NCBI GenBank assembly: GCA_016218805.1
Contig: JACRCW010000132.1
Span: 1-41,327, forward strand
Length of the DNA stretch: 41,327 nucleotides
Direction of reading: 5' to 3'
Origin: Deltaproteobacteria bacterium
GTDB taxonomy: Bacteria; Myxococcota; JACRCW01
The position numbers and the translations under genes were made by a program. The notes beneath the pieces are model-generated. The model saw nothing but the letters and a program-made list of their open reading frames with translations. It was not told where the DNA came from and searched no databases. This document shows positions 1-11,600 of this stretch, in pieces (the first letter of the stretch is position 1; the number at the start of each line of letters is the position of its first letter).

Positions 1-985
1 CGGTGAGATGGGGCATTCGCTCATTGGCCGGCTGGCGGACCGCAGCGGCATGGACGTGCTGGCCCTGGACATCAAGGAGCTGCCGGACGAGCTGGTGAAG
101 CGCTGCCGCGCCACCATTGCCGGGGACATCCTGGACCAGCGGCTGCTGGAGCGCCTGGTCAGCGAATACGAGATCCACGCGATCTTCCACCTGGCCGCGC
201 TGCTGTCCACGCGTGCGGAATTCACTCCGGAGACCGCGCACGAGGTCAACGTCACCGGCACCCTGAACCTGCTGCGCCTGTCCGTGGAGCAGTCACGCTG
301 GCACGGGCGGCAGGTGAAGTTCCTGTTTCCCTCCTCCATTGCCGTGTACGGGATGCCGGACCTGCCCACCAAGAAGAAGGCCGGGCGCGTGACCGAGGCG
401 GAGTTCAACACGCCCACCACGATGTACGGGTGCAACAAGCTGTACTGCGAGCACCTGGGACGGTACTTCGCGCGGCACTACCGGCAGCTGGCCGCTGAAG
501 AGGAGAAGCACGGCGTGGACTTCCGCTCCATCCGCTTCCCCGGCCTGGTGAGCGCGTTCACCGTCCCGTCGGGCGGGACGTCGGATTACGGTCCGGAGAT
601 GATCCATTCAGCGGCCAAGGGCGTGCCGTACGCCTGCTTTGTGCGCGAAGACGCGCGCATCCCGTTCATGGCCATGCCGGACGCCATTGATGCGCTGCTG
701 GGCCTGATGGATGCGCCCGCCGCCAAGCTGACTTCGCACGTGTACAACATTGCGGCGTTCAACCCGTCCGCGGCGGACTTTGCCAGCAAGGTGCGCAAGG
801 CCTTCCCCAAGGCGGACATCACGTTTGACCCGGACGTGCGGCGGCAGGGCATTGTGGACAGCTGGCCGGAAGACGTGAACGACGCGCTGGCCCAGAAGGA
901 CTGGGGCTTCAAGGCAAAGTTTGACTGGGACCACACGTTTGGGGACTACCTGCTGCCCAACATCAAGAAGCGCTACCAGGCCTGA
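1..985 (+). CDS. NAD-dependent epimerase/dehydratase (SDR), probable L-threonine 3-dehydrogenase; 5'-truncated by window
   Basis: Frame opens within the Rossmann glycine motif (..GEMGHSL). Contains HLAALLS, the SDR catalytic motif YGCNK (YxxxK) and GGTSDY. Directly upstream of kbl. Confidence 0.85.
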   Translation, partial: GEMGHSLIGRLADRSGMDVLALDIKELPDELVKRCRATIAGDILDQRLLERLVSEYEIHAIFHLAALLSTRAEFTPETAHEVNVTGTLNLLRLSVEQSRWHGRQVKFLFPSSIAVYGMPDLPTKKKAGRVTEAEFNTPTTMYGCNKLYCEHLGRYFARHYRQLAAEEEKHGVDFRSIRFPGLVSAFTVPSGGTSDYGPEMIHSAAKGVPYACFVREDARIPFMAMPDAIDALLGLMDAPAAKLTSHVYNIAAFNPSAADFASKVRKAFPKADITFDPDVRRQGIVDSWPEDVNDALAQKDWGFKAKFDWDHTFGDYLLPNIKKRYQA

Positions 986-1003
986 CCCAACGACGGAGGC
1001 AAC

Positions 1004-2194
<1,191 letters not shown>

Positions 2195-2237
2195 GGCGCG
2201 CTCGCCGTTGGCCCGGCCGTGCGGCAGTGTCCCGCCC

Positions 2238-2894
2238 ATGACCACGGCTGCCTCCCCCGTCCTGAATCTCAAGCGGCACCGGCCCGCAAGCCTGCGCGCC
2301 TGGCATTGGCTCAACGCGCTGGTCCTGTTGGGGCTGGTCAGCACCATGCTGCTGCGCAAGGGCTTCCTGAGCTGGCGCAGCAACGCCGCGCTGATTGAAG
2401 CCAAGGCGCAGGAGGCGGGCGTGACGCTGGCGCCGGACCTGGCCAAGGTGATGGCCCGCAGCATCCGGGACGTGATGTGGGAGTGGCACTACCCGCTGGG
2501 TTTCTGCCTGGCGGGGCTCATCCTGTTCCGCGTGGTGGTGGCGGTGGTGGCCGGCGAGCGGCCGTTCCGGCAGGTGCTGGACGGATTCAGGGCCGTGGCC
2601 GCCAGCGACGGGGCCGGCAAGCGGGACGCGTGGCACTTCACGGCCGTCCGCCTGGTTTACGGGGTGTTCTACGCGTGCGTGCTCTTCATGGCGTGCACCG
2701 GCATCACGGCCCGCTTCTCCGCGCTGCTGGGCCTTGGTCCGGACGCCGTCCACCAGCTGGAAGAAGTGCACGAAACGGTGGCCAACGTCTTCCCCGTGTT
2801 CATTGTCCTGCACGTGGCCGGGGTGGTCATTGCCGAATTGACGCGTTACCGGGGCATTGTCTCGGACATGATCCACGGCGGGGAGAGAAGCTGA
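2238..2894 (+). CDS. cytochrome b/b6-domain membrane protein (hydrogenase/FDH cytochrome b-like)
   Basis: Four hydrophobic segments with haem-ligand His pattern RAWHWLNA, WEWHYPLG, EEVHE, VLHVAGV, and C-terminal IVSDMIHG. ATG at 2238 preferred. Confidence 0.8.
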   Translation: MTTAASPVLNLKRHRPASLRAWHWLNALVLLGLVSTMLLRKGFLSWRSNAALIEAKAQEAGVTLAPDLAKVMARSIRDVMWEWHYPLGFCLAGLILFRVVVAVVAGERPFRQVLDGFRAVAASDGAGKRDAWHFTAVRLVYGVFYACVLFMACTGITARFSALLGLGPDAVHQLEEVHETVANVFPVFIVLHVAGVVIAELTRYRGIVSDMIHGGERS

Positions 2895-2943
2895 CCCCAT
2901 CCGCGCCGCCGCGGAGTTCCGCTCCGCGGCGGGCGGCGGTTCC

Positions 2944-4557
<1,614 letters not shown>

Positions 4558-4635
4558 CTACACCTTCCGCCGCATCACCCCTCACCATCAGGTTGTCCGG
4601 CCACCGCTTCGGCGTGACCGGAGAGAGGCTTCAGC

Positions 4636-5982
4636 ATGTCCCGGACCCTCCCGCCACGCTGCAGGGGGCTTGTTGTCGTCGTCGCGCTCGCACAGGCGGC
4701 CGCGCTGCCGGCCCGCGCGGACGCGGCGGCGGAAAGCGCGCCCAGCACGCCCCCACCCGCATCAGCGTCTGCGCCCACCGCGCCGCCCCCGGAGCCGGGT
4801 GTGACGTCCGGCGGCATGCCGGCGGCACTGCCGCTGCTGGTGTCGGGAGTCGCGGTGGGGTCGCTCGGCCTGGCGTACCTGGTGGCCGGTGTCGTCGTGG
4901 GCGCGGGCGGTCTGGTGGGCTCATTGGCCACGCCGCGCTGGTCCAGCGGCGCTCCGCGTCCCTTCCCGGGCGAGCCCGTGGATCTGGCCCAGGCACGGAT
5001 CCTGGTGGCGTTGGGTGCGCTGCTGACCGGCCCGCTTGTGTTTGCCCTGGGCGTGGCGCCCACGGTGCTGGGCGGGGGCCTGGTGTCCGCCGCGGCGGTG
5101 GTCCTCCGGCGTCCCGCCCGCGCACCGGAGGCGCCGGGCGCTGCCGTGCCGGTCCCCGCGCTGGCGCCGTCCGCGCCGGTGCCCGCCGACACTGACACCG
5201 ACAGCGACGCGTCTCCCGACACGGTGGACCGCTGCCCGCGTGAGCCGGGGCCCGTGAACAACCGCGGCTGTCCCTGGCCGGACACTGACGGCGACGGCAC
5301 GCACGACGGGGCGGACCGTTGCGCGGCGGAGCCGGGCGCGGCTGACAACGGAGGCTGTCCGTGGGGGGACGCGGACGGGGATGCGGTGACGGACAACGTG
5401 GACCGTTGTCCCGCGGAACGGGGCGCGCCGGACAACCAGGGATGCCCGGCGGGGGACCGGGACAAGGACGGCCTGGCGGACGGCATTGACCGCTGCCCGG
5501 ACCAGGCAGGCCCCGCGGACAACGGCGGCTGCGCGCGGGCGGAGGGCGCGGCGCTCCCCCAGCAGGCCCCGCCCGCCATGGACCCGCGGTGCGCGGACGC
5601 CACGCGCCTGCTGGTGGTCATCCGCGGGGACACCGTGGAGATCCCCGCCAAGATCCAGTTTGAGACGGGGACTGCCACCATGCTGGCGGCGTCCCGCGCC
5701 GTGGTGGAACAGGTTCTGCTCACCCTCCAGTGCCGGCCGGACATCCGCCGGTTGGCCCTGCACGGCCACACTGATGCGTCCGGCAGCGAGGCCACCAACA
5801 CGCGCCTGAGCCTGGACCGCGCGACGGCCGTGCGTGACTTCCTGGTCGCACAGGGCGTGGCGCCTGACCGCCTGCAGACGTTTGGCCACGGCGCCACGCG
5901 TCCGCTGGCCAGCGATGCGGACGAGAAGGGGCGGGAGATGAACCGGCGCGTGGAGTTTGTGATTGTGGAGATGCCCCGATGA
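4636..5982 (+). CDS. OmpA-family peptidoglycan-binding protein with TSP3-like Ca-binding repeats
   Basis: Four DxDxDG..D..DRCP..NxGC repeats. C-terminal IQFETG, GHTDASG, NTRLSLDRA, NRRVEF. Signal-like N-terminus followed by hydrophobic segments. Start uncertain. Confidence 0.85.
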   Translation: MSRTLPPRCRGLVVVVALAQAAALPARADAAAESAPSTPPPASASAPTAPPPEPGVTSGGMPAALPLLVSGVAVGSLGLAYLVAGVVVGAGGLVGSLATPRWSSGAPRPFPGEPVDLAQARILVALGALLTGPLVFALGVAPTVLGGGLVSAAAVVLRRPARAPEAPGAAVPVPALAPSAPVPADTDTDSDASPDTVDRCPREPGPVNNRGCPWPDTDGDGTHDGADRCAAEPGAADNGGCPWGDADGDAVTDNVDRCPAERGAPDNQGCPAGDRDKDGLADGIDRCPDQAGPADNGGCARAEGAALPQQAPPAMDPRCADATRLLVVIRGDTVEIPAKIQFETGTATMLAASRAVVEQVLLTLQCRPDIRRLALHGHTDASGSEATNTRLSLDRATAVRDFLVAQGVAPDRLQTFGHGATRPLASDADEKGREMNRRVEFVIVEMPR

Positions 5983-6824
5983 ACCTGTTTCCCCCCGCGG
6001 TCCCTTCCAGGCGCGCCCTGCGCTCCGTGGTGCCCGTCGTTGTCCTGGCCTCGTCCTGCACGGCCTTTCGCGTGGAGGAGTGCCAGTCTGACGCGCACTG
6101 CGCCTCTGACCAGCACTGCAACACCGACCTGGGCCGCTGCCAGTCCAACATCGCGGCCACATCGTCGTCGTTGGCGTCGTCGTCACGGCGCGCCTCCAGT
6201 TCGCGCGCCGGGTCCTCCTCCGCCCTCGCGGTGGGCTCGTCGTCCGGCGGCAGCTTCACGCCCGCCAGCTCAGGCGTGTCCTCCCCCTCCTCCCTGGAGC
6301 CGTCCAGCAGCGGCGTGGCTCCGGATGCGGGCGTTCCCGCGGAGGTGCGGCGCGTGTTTGTGACCAGCCAGGACGTGGCAACGTCCGTGGGTGGCCTGTC
6401 CGGCGCGGACGCCATCTGCCAGGGCGGGGCCACCGCGGCGGGCCTGGGCGGGCTGTGGAAGGCGTGGCTGAGCGATTCCCGGACGAGCGCCGCCGCGCGC
6501 CTGGTGCACCACCCCGGACCCTACCTGACCACGGCGGGCGTGACGGTTGCGGACAGCTGGGAGGGGCTGGTGTCCGGCGCCCTGCGCGCGCCCATTGACC
6601 GGGATGAATTCGGCCAGCCCCGCAACCGCGCCGTCTTCACCAACACCAACCCCGACGGCACGGCACGCTCCCCAACGGATCACTGTGCGGACTGGAGCGC
6701 CGCGGGGAGCGACCAGGTCTCTTTCGCGGGGAGCAGCGTTGCCGCGGACGGGGCGTGGACCCTTGCGGCCACCAACCCCTACTCGTGCCTGTACGCGTTC
6801 GCGCTGTATTGCGTGGAGCAGTAG
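5979..6824 (+). CDS. putative lipoprotein with Ser-rich linker and DUF1554/endostatin-like (C-type lectin fold) domain
   Basis: ATGA overlap with the OmpA gene. LASSC lipobox-like, small Cys knot, RVFVTS..GGLSGADAICQ..WKAWLSD..CADW..LYCVEQ. Confidence 0.75.
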   Translation: MNLFPPAVPSRRALRSVVPVVVLASSCTAFRVEECQSDAHCASDQHCNTDLGRCQSNIAATSSSLASSSRRASSSRAGSSSALAVGSSSGGSFTPASSGVSSPSSLEPSSSGVAPDAGVPAEVRRVFVTSQDVATSVGGLSGADAICQGGATAAGLGGLWKAWLSDSRTSAAARLVHHPGPYLTTAGVTVADSWEGLVSGALRAPIDRDEFGQPRNRAVFTNTNPDGTARSPTDHCADWSAAGSDQVSFAGSSVAADGAWTLAATNPYSCLYAFALYCVEQ

Positions 6825-6827
6825 CGC

Positions 6828-7802
6828 TCAGCGCTTCCCGGTCCCCCGGGCGGGGTCTTCCACGCGCGGTGGCTCGGCCGCCGGCGCGGACTGCAGCTGC
6901 GTGAGCACCCGGCGCGCGTCGGCAATGCGGGCCGCGGGCTCTCCCTGCTGCGCCGCCACCTCAACGTACTGCGCCAACAGCCCGGCCGCTTCCTTCGCCT
7001 TTCCCTCGTCCAGCAGCAGTCCGCCCAATGCCAGCAGCGCCGGCGCGTGGTCCGGCTTCATGTCCAGAGCTGCCTTGAACGACGCCGCCGCGTCCACCGG
7101 CTTGTGCCGCGCGCGTGCCACGTCGCCCAGCAGGACATGGGTGGACGCGGCGGGGTTGGCGGCAATGGACTGGTGCAGGATCTCCTGGGCTTCGTCCAGT
7201 GACCCGCGGGCGGCCAGCATCCGCGCCAGCAGTTCCTGTGACGGCACGTGGCTCCGGTTGGTCTTTGTCGCCGTGCGGAGCACCGCCTCAGCGTCACCGC
7301 TCCGTTTCATGGCCACCAGCACCTGTGCCTGGAAATACTGGGCGGGCACGTAGTCCGGTTTGGCTTCCAGCGCGGCGCGGTAGAGTTCCACCGCCTCAGC
7401 GTTCTTCCCCGCGCGGGCCTGGACGTTGCCCTGCGCCGTCTTCAGCAGGTGCCGGTACTCCGGAAACCGCTCCAGCAGGATGGCCGCCACATAGTCAATC
7501 TCATTGATGTTCCCATCATGGACCAGCTCCGGGGTCTCCGCGGCGGCCGCCACCGTGGCCAGCTCCATCCACGGGAGCGCGGCCGCGTCGCCCGGGCACA
7601 CGTCCCGCGCATGCACAAACGCAATCCGCGCCCGCACATATTTCTGATCCCCCAAAAGAGCCTTTCCGCGCTCCATGTCCTGCTTGAACGCCTGGCTTTC
7701 CGAGCACGGCCGCGGTGTGCCGCATCCCCCGATCAGCGGTGCGGATCCCAAACAAACCAAAGCGCAAACAGGCATGTGCCGCGATAAATGACGATGCGTC
7801 AT
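6828..7802 (-). CDS. tetratricopeptide-repeat protein, probably a lipoprotein
   Basis: TPR-like helices (AVELYRAALEAKPDYVPA, AAASFKAALDMKPDHAPALLALG), IGGC lipobox-like. Start 7802 or 7775; the upstream part of the 614-aa ORF overlaps the + strand gene. Confidence 0.8.
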   Translation of the reverse strand: MTHRHLSRHMPVCALVCLGSAPLIGGCGTPRPCSESQAFKQDMERGKALLGDQKYVRARIAFVHARDVCPGDAAALPWMELATVAAAAETPELVHDGNINEIDYVAAILLERFPEYRHLLKTAQGNVQARAGKNAEAVELYRAALEAKPDYVPAQYFQAQVLVAMKRSGDAEAVLRTATKTNRSHVPSQELLARMLAARGSLDEAQEILHQSIAANPAASTHVLLGDVARARHKPVDAAASFKAALDMKPDHAPALLALGGLLLDEGKAKEAAGLLAQYVEVAAQQGEPAARIADARRVLTQLQSAPAAEPPRVEDPARGTGKR

Positions 7803-7849
7803 GATGCTTTCCCAGTATGCAAGTGATCGTACGTCAGGTGACTTTGCAC

Positions 7850-7877
7850 TTGACACGAAACCAGTTCGCGAAACAAT
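7850..7877 (+). promoter_or_regulatory. candidate sigma70 promoter in the AT-richer divergent region
   Basis: TTGACA at 7850-7855, 16-bp spacer, AACAAT at 7872-7877. If real, the downstream gene would start at GTG 7888 rather than ATG 7876. Confidence 0.35.
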
Positions 7878-8688
7878 GTGGCGCAGCGTGACATTCGCCC
7901 TCCAAAGCCGGTCTCCATTGCTCGCCGTTGCGGCTGCCCTCGCGGCAGCAACGTGCTTTGCGTCGTGTACCACGTCCACAACCGGTGCGGGGGACGCCGG
8001 GCGCGGGGGCGCAGCCTGCACAGACAGCTGCGAATCCCTTGCGCACGAATGCGGCACCGTGTGCGGCAGAGAATGCGGCACGTGCGGAACCAGCGCGGAG
8101 GGCCACGCTCTCAGCTGCCTGGGCGGGTTCTGCCGCTGCGTTCCCGCGTGCCCGGCGGATGCCTGCGGCGCGGATGACGGGTGCGGCGGGACGTGCCCGT
8201 GTCCGGCGGATCTGACCTGCCGGGACTGCCCGCTGAAGCTGGTGCGGCTGGACCAGCGGTCCGCCAACGGCGCGCTGGCGCGCGTGACGCTGGCGCTTGA
8301 GGGGAACAACCTGGCCAACGGGACGCTGGCGCGCATGGCGGATGTCCGCATTGCGGTGTCACCGGCCATGGAGCTGGTCAGCGTGCGCCAGGAGCCGCTG
8401 TTGCGGGATGCAAACAAGGAGCTTGCGCGGTTTGTGGAGACGGACCGCCAGTTCCAGAAGCTGCCCGACGGGAGCTGGCGCGTGTTGCTGTTGTCCGGCC
8501 CGCGCAACGTGGACCTGCAACCCGGGCGCTGGTTGACCCTCACCTTCGCCGCCGGCGCGCAGCCGCCCGTCGGCCCGGTATCGTTCTCGCTGGTGCGGCA
8601 GGCAGATGTCATGGCGCCGGCTGCGGCTGACCAGCTTCTCCAGGTTTCGGCGTACGACACGCCGCTGACCATCCCACCGGCGAGGTGA
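7876..8688 (+). CDS. Cys-rich lipoprotein with C-terminal cohesin-like domain
   Basis: Hydrophobic leader ending FASC. Myxobacterial-type Cys repeats (CGADDGCGGTCPC). Beta-domain RMADVRI..DGSWRVLLLS..LQPGRWLTLTF. Confidence 0.7.
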   Translation: MWRSVTFALQSRSPLLAVAAALAAATCFASCTTSTTGAGDAGRGGAACTDSCESLAHECGTVCGRECGTCGTSAEGHALSCLGGFCRCVPACPADACGADDGCGGTCPCPADLTCRDCPLKLVRLDQRSANGALARVTLALEGNNLANGTLARMADVRIAVSPAMELVSVRQEPLLRDANKELARFVETDRQFQKLPDGSWRVLLLSGPRNVDLQPGRWLTLTFAAGAQPPVGPVSFSLVRQADVMAPAAADQLLQVSAYDTPLTIPPAR

Positions 8689-8692
8689 CGGG

Positions 8693-11600
8693 ATGCGCCT
8701 CCGCTCCTCCTCCACGGCGATGCTTGCCGGGGTTCTCCTGGCGCCGGCGCTTGCGCTGGCGGCGCCCCTCACCCTCACGCAGTTGGACGCGCTGGGCAGT
8801 TTTGTGGACTGCCGGGACCGGTGCAGCGCCGGGCCCGCGCAGGACACCTGGGCGTGCATGCAGGGCTGCGGCGCCGAAGATCCCCTGTGGGAGAAGGACG
8901 GCGTGGAGCCCGTCACCCGCAACGACTACGAGCTGGCCAAACTGGAACGCGCGGATGCCGGCAGCGGCACGCAGATCTGCTACCGCGACGGCGGCAGCGT
9001 GGTGGTGCCCGCGCCGTTGTGTGCCAACCCGCTGTGCCAGTCCGTGCACGTGTGCACGGCGCAGGAGTGCACGCTCACCGGGGCCAACCGCCCGCAGGCG
9101 TGCCCGGACGTGGTGTGCCAGGCGCTGCCTCAGCGCAGCGCCACGGACTGCGCGGACGCGGACCAGGACGGCATCCCGGCGTGGCTGGAACGGGCGCAGC
9201 AGAGCAGTGACACCACGCGTGAGGTGACCTGCTCAGATGATTCCACCTGCGGTTTCCAGTCGCGCTGCACGTACATCCCCGCCACCGGCACCGCGCGTTG
9301 CGCGCCGCGCACGTGCAGCGGGCCGTGCACCGCGTTCCACCTGGAGACCGTCTCCGTGGATGACCAGCAGGTGCTGGTGCACGTGTTCTTTGACTACGCG
9401 CCCACGCCGGCGCGCGTGCTGGAGGTGTTCCTCACCTATGAACACTCCGCCCTGGTCCTGGCGGACGCGCGGCCGCTGCCCAACCTCACCGCGTTTGGTC
9501 ACCAGCTGCACAGTTCCCACCTGGCGGACGGCACGCTGCGGCTGGTGATGTACGGCCCGGACGGTGGCGCGTTGCACACCGGCCCGCTGGCTGAGTTGGT
9601 GTTCCTACGCACGGGCTCAGAGGCATCCACGGTGCGGTTTGTGACCACGGACGCCATGCAGGAGACCGCCATGGCGCCCAACAGCTCCGCCACCCAGCGC
9701 CAGGCGCTGCGGGAGGATTCGTTGTGGGGATCGCCCGTGGTCATACCCGCGCGTGCGGACGCGGACGGCAACCGCCTGTTGCTGCACTATTCGTTTGATG
9801 ATCCGGACAACCCGCTGGCGTATTCCGGCGTTCCGTCTGCGGAAGAGTTGTGCCTGCGCGTGCCGGACTGTGCGGCCGAGCCGGACGCGGTGCTGCGCCA
9901 GCGCTTTGTGGCGCGGCTGGCGCGCCTGCAACGCGGGAGCGTGAAAGCCAGTGGCAGCGTGGAGGGCGTCAGCCGCGGCGGCCTGCTGCTCAATGGCGCC
10001 ACGGATCACCTGCGCCTGCCGGTGCATGTGCTGCAGCCGTATGAACCCGCTGGCCAGAGCTTCTCGTTCTCCACGTGGGTGTACGCGGAGGGCGCGCCGG
10101 ACACGGAGACGGCGCCGCAGCTTGTCTTCAGTCAACTGGGACCGGATGAGCGCACGCGCTTTGGCCTGCTGCTGCGCCGTGAGGTCACCTCCGCCGGAGT
10201 GGACCGGTCCTCCTTGCAGTTCTTCACCGGGGACGTGGTGTCCTCCAGTTCCACGCTGGCCCTCACGCCGCTGGGGCAGGGCTTCCCCAACCGCACGTGG
10301 CACCACGTGGCGTTCACCCTCAATGCGGCCACGGGGCAGGTGGTGCTGTTCCTGGACGGTTTGCGCGTGGGGACCGCGGCACTGCCCGCGTCGCCGTCAC
10401 CGGTGCAATGCCCGGGGTTCCTGCGCGGGTCGGATGTGGTGCTCCACCAGGAGGGGGAATACCTGGGCGGCCGCGTACCGGAGGTGGCCTACCTGGCGCC
10501 CAAGCGCGGGCCGTTCTTCCAGGTGGAGCGCACGGACCTGGACGGGTTCGCCTCCCAGGCGATTCTCGCCAACGGGCGGAACAACTTCCAGGACGTGGAC
10601 TACCTGCCGTTGTTGGACAAGATCGCGTATTCCACGGATGCCAGCGGTGACTTTGAGATCTTCATCGCCAATTCCGACGGCACCAACCCGCAGCAGATCA
10701 CCAAGGGGTTTGGTGACACGGGACGCCTGTTGTTCGCGCGGCATCCGCGGTGGGCGCCTGACGGCACGGGCCTGATCTTTGAGTCCAACATCTACTCCGT
10801 CCCGGATGAGCACAACACGGAGGCCGGCACGCAGTTGTACTACGTGACCTTCAATCCCTCGACGGGGCAGCCCGCCATCCCGTTGGAGGGCGGCAGCACG
10901 GTCACTGAGCTGGACTACACGCAGCTGCTGTCCATGCAGGTGATGGGCTCCGTGCAGCTCACCCAGGGCGCGTTCCACCACGCGCACGCGGCGTTCTTCA
11001 GCGGGGTGGCCGGTTCCACGCGCGGGGACATTGTCTTTGAGCGCACGGACCTGGCGCAGCGCGGTGGTCACATCCGCCGCATGACCATCCCGCGCAACTT
11101 CCGCGAGGCCACCTCCACGGCGGTGGAAGGACTCAACGACGCGACCGGGTTGTGCGCGGACCCGCGCGACGGCGCCTCTGTGGACATTGCGTGCGGGCAG
11201 GGCAGCACCATCACCAGCGTGGACTTTGCGTACTACGGCAACAGCCTGCAGATTGCCGGGACGTGCCAGGACCCGCAGTTCACCGTGGCCGCGGGTGCCT
11301 GCGGCCGTGACGTGCTGGCGGACGTGAGCGCGCGCTGCGTGGGCCGCCAGTCCTGCCGCATCCAGGGGGCGGATTACGGTGATTCGTGCCCCAACGTGGT
11401 GAAGCGCATCGCGGTGCGCGCCCGGTGCTCGTTCCCGGCCAGCGCGGAGCAGCGCCTGCTGGCTGCGGCGGTGCAGGTCAGCGGCATTGGCACGCAGGTC
11501 ACGCGTACGCCCATCATGCTGTACACGCGCCGGGCGGCCAACCAGGTGTTCCTCCCGTCCACGCAGCTCACCGCGCAGGCCACGTCATCCGCCACGGGTT

